In this document: positions 8,535-16,494 of the stretch, piece after piece
Layout: every line of letters begins with the position of its first letter
How positions within the stretch are numbered: the stretch's first letter is position 1
DNA from: a virus
Taxonomy: Duplodnaviria; Caudoviricetes
Reading direction: 5' to 3' (one strand)
Length of the DNA stretch: 58,085 bases
IMG/VR virus record: IMGVR_UViG_3300045256_000822
Coordinates: 1-58,085 of that record
Notes under the pieces: model-generated
The model's database searches: none
What the model was told of the DNA's origin: nothing
Seen by the model: the letters and a program-made list of their open reading frames with translations, nothing else
Position numbers and translations under genes: made by a program

Positions 8535-8753
8535 CTAGGCATTGCACGCCTTCTCCAGCCGGCCGACAGCGTTGGAGATATCGTCGATGAACCGCGCAAT
8601 TTCGTCGCCTAGACCAAGCGCGCCCTCGTCGGCACCGTCGATCTGCTCTTGGAAGCCGCGGGCGATCCGCAGGAGGTCGTCAACGCGGGCCCGATCGCGG
8701 CGCCGCAGCGCGTCCTGATTCTCCTCCTGGGACGCGTCCTCACGCGTCATCAT
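8535..8753 (-). CDS. Hypothetical protein
   Basis: ATGA-coupled in the leftward early operon. Confidence 0.6.
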   Translation of the reverse strand: MMTREDASQEENQDALRRRDRARVDDLLRIARGFQEQIDGADEGALGLGDEIARFIDDISNAVGRLEKACNA

Positions 8754-9007
8754 GGGAGCCGCCGCAGGGCATCGAGCGTCAAGCAGCGATCGAGCGCCTC
8801 GCGGGGCGTCAGGCCGGTCTTTACGACCCCCTCGACGTACTCGGTATCCGTGATGCCCTGACGAAGATAGGCGGCGCCCAGCTGAGCGCGCTTCAGATAG
8901 CGGCCGATCTCGGTGAGCGGGGGGTCAGGCAGGTCTACCGCTGCCAGCCCGACCGGCTGCGCGCCGTCATCGAAAACCAAGACCGGATAAAGCTCGGGCT
9001 GGGCCAT
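8750..9007 (-). CDS. Hypothetical protein, first gene of the leftward early operon
   Basis: GGGAGGG RBS before ATG 9007; directly downstream of PL-like promoter. Confidence 0.65.
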   Translation of the reverse strand: MAQPELYPVLVFDDGAQPVGLAAVDLPDPPLTEIGRYLKRAQLGAAYLRQGITDTEYVEGVVKTGLTPREALDRCLTLDALRRLP

Positions 9008-9041
9008 GGTCCCTCCCGCACACAATTGTGCGTTGAGGGAA

Positions 9042-9070
9042 AGTCTGGCAGTCCGGTCTTACGTCGTCAA
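9042..9070 (-). promoter_or_regulatory. PL-like promoter TTGACG-N17-CAGACT
   Basis: -35 at 9070-9065, 17-nt spacer, -10 at 9047-9042; -35 overlapped by the operator. Confidence 0.6.
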
Positions 9071-9083
9071 GACATATTGTCTT
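9069..9083. promoter_or_regulatory. OL-like operator AAGACA-TAT-TGTCTT
   Basis: Palindrome with 6-bp arms; 14 bp identical (inverted) to 9523-9536. Confidence 0.75.
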
Positions 9084-9103
9084 AAGAAATTCGGCCTTTT
9101 TGG

Positions 9104-9385
9104 CTACTCGGCCAGGTCGATCTTGTTGAGGGGGAGGAGCTTCGGGCGCTCGCCGGGCCCGAACACGAGTCGGTCAATGTCTATACCGAACAGGTAGGCC
9201 AGTCGCACGAGGTCGCCGGGGGAGAGGCTGCGTTGACCTCGTTCGACTTTTCCCAAGTAATCGTCAGAAATACCCAAAGAACCCGCGACTTCCTTACGAT
9301 CCCAGCCGCGATCTTTGCGTAATTTTGCAACGTTCTCGCCTATTCGTTGAGCGACTTGCTTTTCAAACGCTTGGCGGTTCTTCAC
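9104..9385 (-). CDS. CI-like XRE repressor (HTH only, no peptidase domain)
   Basis: IGENVAKLRKDRGWDRKEVAGSLGISDDYLGKVERG; divergent from Cro-like gene; flanked by operators. Confidence 0.8.
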   Translation of the reverse strand: MKNRQAFEKQVAQRIGENVAKLRKDRGWDRKEVAGSLGISDDYLGKVERGQRSLSPGDLVRLAYLFGIDIDRLVFGPGERPKLLPLNKIDLAE

Positions 9386-9511
9386 CGGATTGGCCTCCGA
9401 TCGCCTCTGTTACTGAACTACCAGCATTTTTCGCCGACTGCGTAAAGGGGGGCCGATTAACTCTCCTACCGGTCATGTCGCTCGTGCCGTCGATGATAGG
9501 TACATCGGGTC

Positions 9512-9541
9512 TTGTCTTGGTCAGACAATATGTCTTATCAT
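9512..9541 (+). promoter_or_regulatory. PR-like promoter (TTGTCT-N18-TATCAT) with OR operator CAGACAATATGTCTT at 9522-9536
   Basis: Operator lies in the spacer; -10 is 7 nt before the cro ATG; a divergent TATCAT at 9498-9493 may be PRM. Confidence 0.6.
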
Positions 9542-9548
9542 CCGTGGC

Positions 9549-9788
9549 ATGACGGACCTTTGGGCAACCATAGATCGAATCGCGGCGAAACTTGGTGCGA
9601 CGGAGCGCAACCGGGCGAAATGGCGCCAGCGCGGTGTTCCGCACCGTTGGCGGCTCCCGATCCTCCAGGCGGCGGCTAAGGCAGGCATCTTGCTCGATGC
9701 TTCGGCTTTCGAGGCCCGGGCGAAGCGCAAATCCGCACCGCGCAAGGGCCGCCGTGCTGAATCTCTGGGCCTTCAGTCGGCGGGATGA
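9549..9788 (+). CDS. Cro-like repressor
   Basis: Short HTH-like IAAKLGATERNRAKWRQRGVPHRW; divergent from CI-like gene. Confidence 0.75.
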   Translation: MTDLWATIDRIAAKLGATERNRAKWRQRGVPHRWRLPILQAAAKAGILLDASAFEARAKRKSAPRKGRRAESLGLQSAG

Positions 9789-10072
9789 GGAATGGGCGTC
9801 GTCAGCTCATTCCCGTTCGATCGCGCGCGCGAGGGCGTTAACCCTACGCGCCAGCGGAGCACAGTCACCGGCAATGTCAGCCGCGACGGCCTGCAGGCGC
9901 TCCACTACCCGCATCCGGTCGGCATAGCGGATCTGTTCGACGCTACTGCCGACCTGTTCGTCCTGGGCCTTGCCGTTGGCGCGGCATCGGCCCTGATCTT
10001 CGGCACTCTGCTGCATTCGATGGCTGCCGTTCTTCACGCCTCGAAACGTACGAGCGTGAGGGACGGAGTCCT

Positions 10073-10519
10073 ATGTCCGAAAAGGGAAGGCGAATGACTG
10101 CCGCGGTGGCGCACATTGCGGGCAGTCGCATCGCGCTGTTCTTGCAGCGTGAGTACGAGCGGCCACGGGCCAAGCTGATCGCGAACGATTTCAGCGTCGA
10201 TGACCGCACTGCGAAGTCGTGGCTGAAGACCGGCAAGGTTTCCCCTGCGCACTGGCACGCTATGGTCCAACGCTGGGGCCGGCGCTTCATCGCCTTTGTC
10301 TATGAGCCCGAATTCGACTGGGCCCGCCAGATGCTGCTGGCCGATGAACTGGAGCGCGCTGAAGCGCGCCTCGCGGAGTTACGCCTCAAGCTCGAGGGAA
10401 ACACTGATGCTGCGTCACTTGTTGGCGAGGTTCGCGCAGTGGCGCATGGCACGCCTGCTCAAGCGGGCACGCCACTGGGAGCGCCTGGTACTGCGCCTGG
10501 TCGAGGGGGCGCGCGATGA
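10073..10519 (+). CDS. CII-like / HTH phage regulator
   Basis: AKLIANDFSVDDRTAKSWL HTH-like; coiled-coil tail; position after cro. Confidence 0.55.
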   Translation: MSEKGRRMTAAVAHIAGSRIALFLQREYERPRAKLIANDFSVDDRTAKSWLKTGKVSPAHWHAMVQRWGRRFIAFVYEPEFDWARQMLLADELERAEARLAELRLKLEGNTDAASLVGEVRAVAHGTPAQAGTPLGAPGTAPGRGGAR

Positions 10520-10884
10520 ACTCGATCCGGCGCGCGCTGCTGAGCGGTGACCCCCCGCAGCTTGTCGCTGCCGCCCTCGGGATCTCGCGCGCTGCTGTCG
10601 AGGAGGTCGATCACCAACTCGCGCTCGACGCGCGCGCACGCGCCATGTCATCGGCCGCCGCCGGCCCAGCGGTGAAACCGCACCCCGCCACTGCGCCGGG
10701 TTCGCGCAGTCTCGAAGAAGGAGGGTGGCAAGCGTTGAGGGAAGAGAAAGGGAAGGCGCCGGCGCGCAGGGCGGCACGCGGGCCGGCGTCTTACATCCCC
10801 GATGAATCCCTCGAGCTTTACCCGTGGCGCCGGACGCACCGGCACATGGCCGACATCCTCGCTGAGGAGCGCGCCGCGTCGTGA
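10516..10884 (+). CDS. Hypothetical protein
   Basis: ATGA/GTGA coupling on both sides. Confidence 0.6.
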   Translation: MNSIRRALLSGDPPQLVAAALGISRAAVEEVDHQLALDARARAMSSAAAGPAVKPHPATAPGSRSLEEGGWQALREEKGKAPARRAARGPASYIPDESLELYPWRRTHRHMADILAEERAAS

Positions 10885-11402
10885 CCGATAGCGAACTGGA
10901 CGATCTCCCGCCGATTGACCGGGCGCTTGCCGTGCTCGGCCCGGAGCGCGTGGATAAGCGAGCCGATGGGACGTATCTGCTCGACGGCATTCCCGTTGGC
11001 AACGCGGCTCTGGTCGCTGCAGCTAACCAAAAGCTCGTCTTCGGCCACCAACCGCCGATCTTCTATCCCGGCGTCTGGCCGAAGCCGGATCCGGTCCGAC
11101 CGACTGCGCCGCCGCCGCCGGCGCCGGCGACAGAGAAGATTTCGACGCGCCCCCAGAAGGTCGGGCGTTGGTCCTTCCTGTCTGCAGAAGCGGCCGCTGG
11201 CGGCGTGATCTCGGCACCATTCGAAGAGTTGGACGAGCTCGCTGGCGCCCTGAACCGGGTGATGCACGACGATTCCGCCGCAGCGTGGGACATCGCCAAC
11301 GCTCGGGTGGATGTCGCTTTCAAGAAGGTCTGCCAGTTCATGCGCGATCGCTCGCCGCGTCGCGTGCAACAGCCGGCACCACCGGCAGGAGAGGGAACGT
11401 GA
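10881..11402 (+). CDS. Hypothetical protein
   Basis: Coupled ORF with Pro-rich linker; GAGGAG RBS. Confidence 0.6.
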   Translation: MTDSELDDLPPIDRALAVLGPERVDKRADGTYLLDGIPVGNAALVAAANQKLVFGHQPPIFYPGVWPKPDPVRPTAPPPPAPATEKISTRPQKVGRWSFLSAEAAAGGVISAPFEELDELAGALNRVMHDDSAAAWDIANARVDVAFKKVCQFMRDRSPRRVQQPAPPAGEGT

Positions 11403-11599
11403 GCAAGGACAAGAGGGGCTTCGCGTCGATGACGCTCGAGCAGCGCCGCGCGATTGCCAGCAAGGGCGGCAAGTCCGTGCCGAGCAACAAGCGGTCGTTC
11501 TCGCAGAACCCGCAGCTCGCCGCGGAGGCGGGCCGCAAGGGCGGGCAGGGCAGCAGCAGCAGGAAGAAAGCAGTCACCGTCGAGCCGACGCGTTCATAG
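11399..11599 (+). CDS. KGG-motif general stress protein (GsiB/YciG-like)
   Basis: RGFASM..EQRRAIASKGG and AAEAGRKGG repeats; GTG start overlapping upstream stop. Confidence 0.85.
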   Translation: MSKDKRGFASMTLEQRRAIASKGGKSVPSNKRSFSQNPQLAAEAGRKGGQGSSSRKKAVTVEPTRS

Positions 11600-11627
11600 C
11601 CGGCAGACGAGCCACGGAGGGTCCCGC

Positions 11628-11813
11628 ATGTCTGTCTCCGAATATGGATCGCTCCTCCTCGCGTGGACCGCGATCGGCCTGGTCGTGGCTCTGGCTTTCG
11701 GCCGCGCAAGCACGCTCGACGACCATCCTGAAACCACCACAGCCAAAAACGGAGAGATTGATGGCGAAACGGTTGAAACCCGGCGCGAAGTCGTCGGCGC
11801 CGAACAAGAGTAA
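11628..11813 (+). CDS. Small single-TM protein
   Basis: GGAGG RBS; LLLAWTAIGLVVALAFG. Confidence 0.45.
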   Translation: MSVSEYGSLLLAWTAIGLVVALAFGRASTLDDHPETTTAKNGEIDGETVETRREVVGAEQE

Positions 11814-12420
11814 GGCCGCAGCGAAGAAGCAGGCGGCACAGGAGAGCCCGCCGAGCGTCGGCCACAACCGCGCGATCACGGAAGCGGACACCGCGCGCGC
11901 CCACGAGCTTCTAGGCCGCCTCGAGAACGCCAAGGAAACCGCGGTCGGCAAGATCCGTCAGGCCTACAAGGACCTGAAGGATCAAGGGCACAACATCAAG
12001 GCGCTGAAGGAAGCGCGGAGGCGCCTGCGCCAGGACCCGCTGGAGGCCCAGCAGGATTTCGACGATTACCTGCTCTATTGCAGTCTCCTCGGCGTCGATA
12101 AGTCCGTCGAGCAGGCCCGCCAACAGAACGAGAACAACGCGAACGCCGCTTCGGTCGATGCGGCCGAGCGCGGAACGGGCCGGCGCAGCCCGACCTTCAG
12201 CCTCGCGGATGTGAAGAAGCTGCCGGCCACGCACCATCTGCGGGGCGTGTATGCCGCAGGCCTGCGCGCCGGGCTCGAAGGCGAAGAATGCGAGCACAGC
12301 TACGAGGACGGCACCGATGCGGCGCTGATCTTCGAGGGCGCGCACAAGGAAGGACTGGAGCAGCGGGCGACCGCTGCGCGCATGGAGCCGAAGAAGAACG
12401 GCGCCGAGGCGCGTCACTGA
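11761..12420 (+). CDS. GapR/UPF0335-like DNA-binding protein with RMF-like C-terminal motif
   Basis: GHN motif, RLENAK..IRQAYKDLKDQGHNIKALKE..Y..LLG; C-terminal VYAAGLRAGLEG..C..Y. Confidence 0.6.
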   Translation: MAKRLKPGAKSSAPNKSKAAAKKQAAQESPPSVGHNRAITEADTARAHELLGRLENAKETAVGKIRQAYKDLKDQGHNIKALKEARRRLRQDPLEAQQDFDDYLLYCSLLGVDKSVEQARQQNENNANAASVDAAERGTGRRSPTFSLADVKKLPATHHLRGVYAAGLRAGLEGEECEHSYEDGTDAALIFEGAHKEGLEQRATAARMEPKKNGAEARH

Positions 12421-12422
12421 CC

Positions 12423-12947
12423 ATGAAGCGGGTCTTCGCCATCGACCAGGCGCTACACACCGGCTGGGCCACCGACATGCCGACTGGTGGCGGCCGTCCG
12501 CTGTGCGGCGTCTGGGACCTGAAGGGTGGCGGGGCGGACTACGAGGCGGCGTACGTCGACCTTGAGGAACGGCTGCTCGAAGCGATCGCGGTCCACAAGC
12601 CGGATGTGATCGTCTTCGAGTCGCCGCTCTTGGTGCACGGCGACAAGGTCATCACCACCGAGGATACGACGCGCTTGTCCTTTGGGCTCGCTTCCGTCGC
12701 CGGGCTGGTCGCGAAGCGCGAAGGCCTTGAGCCGGCCGAAGCCAACAACATGACTTGGAAGAAGCATTTCGTCGGCAATGGCCGCGCGAAAAAGCGCGAG
12801 ACGCAAGAGCGCTGCCGCCTCATGGGCTGGGGAAGCCTCAACAACAACGCCGCAGATGCGTGCGGGATCTGGGCCTACGCGAAGGCGGTGCTCGACCCGT
12901 CGTTCAATTACGTGACCACGCCGATGTTCGCGAGGGCCTCGGCATGA
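12423..12947 (+). CDS. RuvC-like Holliday junction resolvase
   Basis: AIDQALHTGWA, IVFESP, WKKHFVGNGRAKK, NAADA motifs. Confidence 0.85.
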   Translation: MKRVFAIDQALHTGWATDMPTGGGRPLCGVWDLKGGGADYEAAYVDLEERLLEAIAVHKPDVIVFESPLLVHGDKVITTEDTTRLSFGLASVAGLVAKREGLEPAEANNMTWKKHFVGNGRAKKRETQERCRLMGWGSLNNNAADACGIWAYAKAVLDPSFNYVTTPMFARASA

Positions 12948-13423
12948 ACGAGCCGTTCGCGCTGGCGTTCGAGTGGACGCCCGAGCGCATCGAAAAGCTC
13001 ACCCGCGCATGGAACTCTGGCCTGCCGACCAGCGCGATCGCCGAGTTGATCGGCGACGGCTGCACCAAGAATGCTGTGGTGGGCAAGGCGCACCGGCTCG
13101 AGCTGCCCGAGCGCGAGAACCCAATCAAGCAGCCGACCGCGCGGAAACCGAGCCAGATGCCGGAGCGCGCCATCGTCCGCCGCCAGCAAGCGAGGCACGA
13201 GCAACGCGAGAAAGAGAGCACCGGCAAGCCGGTCACTCCCCTTGCCATCCGGCCGGGGTTCGACGCGCTGCCGCTCGGCAAGAGCCCATGCCGCTTCCCA
13301 ATGTGGCCGCACGGTGCGGAGCCGGATGGCCGCTTCTGCGGAGCGCCAGCGATCGAGGGCAAGCCCTACTGCCCGAAGCACGCCAGCATCTGCTGGACCA
13401 AGAAGGCTGACGAGGCGGCGTGA
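12944..13423 (+). CDS. gcrA: GcrA-family cell-cycle regulator
   Basis: WTPERIEKL..W.SG...IA...TKNAVVGKAHRL and CRFP...FCG.P...PYC..H. Confidence 0.88.
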   Translation: MNEPFALAFEWTPERIEKLTRAWNSGLPTSAIAELIGDGCTKNAVVGKAHRLELPERENPIKQPTARKPSQMPERAIVRRQQARHEQREKESTGKPVTPLAIRPGFDALPLGKSPCRFPMWPHGAEPDGRFCGAPAIEGKPYCPKHASICWTKKADEAA

Positions 13424-13983
13424 TGCTGAGCCTCGTCGGAGACATCCCGTATTTCCGCTGCCTCGTGCGGCGCGAATACACGCGCAACCTGAAAGACGGC
13501 TTCGGCGAGTACCTCGAGGCGATCGCGCATCAGGTCGTCTGCCGCCGCGGGCACATGCTGGCGTTCAACGTCGTCTTCACGTCGCCCGAGGCCGGCGGTG
13601 CTCTCTGGCACGGCATGCCGATCGAGGCGCTGTGCTGGAAGCAGAGCCAGGCGCCGAAGCAGTCTGACCTGATCGCACCGTGGAACTGTCTGTCGCAGGA
13701 CTTCGCCGTCTCGGAGATGCGCTTCCTCGCGCGTGGCCGCGTGCAGGTCATGGCCGGAGGGCAGCGTCATCCGGGGCGCTACCGCTTCACGGTCGATTTC
13801 TCGGGGAGCGACCTCGCTGACGATCCGGCGCAGCACAAGTGCCTGCATGTCTGCCAGATGGACGCCGGCCACTTCGGCGCCTTCCCGAACAACCGAATCC
13901 TTTTCGAGGACCCGGCCTTCTGGGGCGTGGCCCAGGGGCGGCCGGATTTCACCGAAAGCTACCACGAGTTCACAGGGGAATGA
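13423..13983 (+). CDS. Conserved phage hypothetical protein
   Basis: IPYFRCLVRREY, PWNC, YRFTVD, QHK, PNNR motifs; coupled gene. Confidence 0.75.
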   Translation: MLSLVGDIPYFRCLVRREYTRNLKDGFGEYLEAIAHQVVCRRGHMLAFNVVFTSPEAGGALWHGMPIEALCWKQSQAPKQSDLIAPWNCLSQDFAVSEMRFLARGRVQVMAGGQRHPGRYRFTVDFSGSDLADDPAQHKCLHVCQMDAGHFGAFPNNRILFEDPAFWGVAQGRPDFTESYHEFTGE

Positions 13984-13985
13984 CC

Positions 13986-15599
13986 ATGGGGGAATACGGA
14001 CTGATCATCGACAACTTCGCTGGAGGAGGGGGCGCCTCCGAAGGCATCCGGCGAGCGCTCGGGCGCGGGCCGGACGTGGCCATCAACCACGATCCGGAGG
14101 CCGTCGCCATGCACGCGGCGAACCATCCCGAGACCGAGCACTACTGCCAGAGCGTCTGGCGGGCGGATCCGCGCGACGTGGTGCGCGGCCGGCCGGTGGC
14201 GCTGGCGTGGTTCTCGCCGGACTGCAAGCACTTCAGCAAGGCGAAGGGCGGCAAGCCGGTCGAAAAGCACATCCGCGACCTCGCATGGGTGGTGGTGCAT
14301 TGGGCCAGGCTGGTGAAGCCGCGCGTGATGATCCTCGAGAACGTCGAGGAGTTCCGCGATTGGGGCCCGCTGATCGAGACGAAGGACGGCGTGCTCGTCC
14401 CGTGCCCGGAGCGCAAGGGCCTGACGTTCCGGCGCTGGGTGCGCGAGATCCGCAAGGAGGGATACGCAGTCGAATGGCGCGAGCTTCGCGCCAGCGATTA
14501 CGGCGCCCCGACCATCCGCAAGCGCCTGTTCGTCATCGCGCGCCGCGACGGCAAGCCCATCGTTTGGCCGGAGCCGACGCACGGGACGGGACTGCTGTCG
14601 TACCGGACCGCGGCCGAGTGTATCGACTGGTCGATCCCGTGCCCGTCGATCTTCGAGCGGGACAAGCCGTTGGCCGAGGCAACCATGCGGCGCATCTTCG
14701 AGGGCATCCGCCGCTACGTCGTGGATGCAGTGGACCCTTTCATCGTGCCGATCACGCACGCCGGTGACTCTCGTGTGCATCCGATCGACGACCCGCTGCG
14801 GACGGTGACGACCGCGCACCGCGGAGAGCTGGCGCTCGTGGAGCCGTTCGTGGCTGGCTGCGGCGGCCGCGCCTCGCAGTCGCCGCCTAAGAGCGTCGGC
14901 CAGCCGTTCAACACGGCGACGACCAAGGCCGATCAAATTTTCGTCGCTCCGTACCTCGTGCCGCGCTACGGCGAGCGGCCGGGCCAGGTCCCGCGCACGC
15001 ATGCGGTCGACAAGCCGATGCCGGTCGTGGTGCCGACGGCCAACGGCGGCAGCCTTGTGGTCGCGCACATGGAGCAGGCGAACACGGGCATGGTCGGGCA
15101 CGACGCGCGCAAGCCGCTGTCCACCATCGTCAGCCGAGGCACGACGCAGCGCCTCGTCACCTCGCACCTCGTGAAGCTCCGCGGCACCTGCAAGGACGGC
15201 CAGGATGTGCACCGCCCCATGCCGACGATCACCGCCGGCGGCTGGCACATCGGCGAGGTCCGCGCCTTCCTGATGAAATACTACTCGTCAGGCGGCCAGC
15301 TGCAGAGCCTGCGCGAGCCGATGCACACCACGACGGCGAAGGCCCGCATGGGGCTCGTCACGGTGCGCGGCGAGGCCTTCCAGATCGTCGACATCGGCAT
15401 GCGGATGCTCGCCCCGCGCGAGCTATTCCGCGCGCAGGGCTTCGGCGACAGCTACATCATCAACCCGCTGTTCCACGGCAAGCCGCTGACCAAGACGGCG
15501 CAGATCCGCATGTGCGGCAACAGCGTCTGCCCGCCGATCGCCGAGGCCCTTGTGCGCGCGAATGTCGCCATGCCGCAGGAAGAGCGCGAGGTCGCGTGA
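13986..15599 (+). CDS. C5 cytosine DNA methyltransferase
   Basis: DNFAGGGG, SPDC, ENV, RKRLF, GNSVCP; repeated PxxTxT target-recognition segments. Confidence 0.95.
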   Translation: MGEYGLIIDNFAGGGGASEGIRRALGRGPDVAINHDPEAVAMHAANHPETEHYCQSVWRADPRDVVRGRPVALAWFSPDCKHFSKAKGGKPVEKHIRDLAWVVVHWARLVKPRVMILENVEEFRDWGPLIETKDGVLVPCPERKGLTFRRWVREIRKEGYAVEWRELRASDYGAPTIRKRLFVIARRDGKPIVWPEPTHGTGLLSYRTAAECIDWSIPCPSIFERDKPLAEATMRRIFEGIRRYVVDAVDPFIVPITHAGDSRVHPIDDPLRTVTTAHRGELALVEPFVAGCGGRASQSPPKSVGQPFNTATTKADQIFVAPYLVPRYGERPGQVPRTHAVDKPMPVVVPTANGGSLVVAHMEQANTGMVGHDARKPLSTIVSRGTTQRLVTSHLVKLRGTCKDGQDVHRPMPTITAGGWHIGEVRAFLMKYYSSGGQLQSLREPMHTTTAKARMGLVTVRGEAFQIVDIGMRMLAPRELFRAQGFGDSYIINPLFHGKPLTKTAQIRMCGNSVCPPIAEALVRANVAMPQEEREVA

Positions 15600-15750
15600 C
15601 CAACTCGACGTGGCCGAACGTCCTCATTCTCGCTGCGGCGGCCGGCGGCGACTTGCGCGGCGCCGCGCGTCTGAGGCTGTGGTTGCTTGAGCGCGACTGG
15701 CGAGCGACGCGCCAATGACGCCGTGCGAATTCGGATTACTATGGCTCGAC

Positions 15751-16443
15751 CTAGCCGTTCGGTGGCTGGGCCGCGCCGTCAGAATCCATTTTCATACGAG
15801 CGGCGTTGCCCATGGCGCTGAGCATTTCTTGAAGTGGCTGACCGTCGCTCCACATCAGCTCTATGCCGAAATGGCCGAGGGCTTGCGCTGTCGCGCCGGC
15901 AAGAAATCCGGCCATGTGCTTGAGTCGCCACTTTCTGTCCGCGGTCAGCTCTTTACCGCGAAGATACTCGATGTACCGTGCAAGCTCCCGCTGCCGCTGG
16001 TAGACAATGATCAACCACTTGGCGTGATCAGATGGCAGGAGGTCGAGTTTCGCTGCCATAGCCGTGAAGACTGTTGGCTCGTCGAAATCTCGATCAAGGA
16101 GTACGGACGGGTTCAATTCGCCGTCGACGACTCTTTGAGTCAGGTTGCACGCGAGCCAGACAGAGACAGCTCTGAGACCCAACTCTGCCTTAAGCGCAGC
16201 CATCACCCGGTCTGCCTCGCGTGCGATCCTATCATCGTCGCGCTGACGTTCGGCGTGAATAGTCTCACGAACGCCAAAATACGCGCCAAATGCGCCGACG
16301 AAGCCGCTCGCGATCGTGCCGAGCACTTCGAGCCACTTGTCAGACCCAGAACCGAGGACGCCTGCAAAGGCCGCGCCGGTCAACGCGGCTGTGGCCGCCA
16401 TGAAGAGCAGTGTCGAAATCTTCAGATGCATACGGCCAAGCAT
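15751..16443 (-). CDS. Membrane-anchored moron protein (2 TM + helical domain)
   Basis: Antisense insertion between the two methylases; lower GC; two hydrophobic segments. Confidence 0.7.
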   Translation of the reverse strand: MLGRMHLKISTLLFMAATAALTGAAFAGVLGSGSDKWLEVLGTIASGFVGAFGAYFGVRETIHAERQRDDDRIAREADRVMAALKAELGLRAVSVWLACNLTQRVVDGELNPSVLLDRDFDEPTVFTAMAAKLDLLPSDHAKWLIIVYQRQRELARYIEYLRGKELTADRKWRLKHMAGFLAGATAQALGHFGIELMWSDGQPLQEMLSAMGNAARMKMDSDGAAQPPNG

Positions 16444-16494
16444 GCATCTTCAACTGTAAGCACGCAACTGGCCGCACTACCGCAGGTCGCTTAA

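Noticed and set aside
9792-10097. Overlapping ORFs on both strands between cro and the CII-like gene
   Set aside because: Cannot decide which, if any, is real; no recognisable motif.
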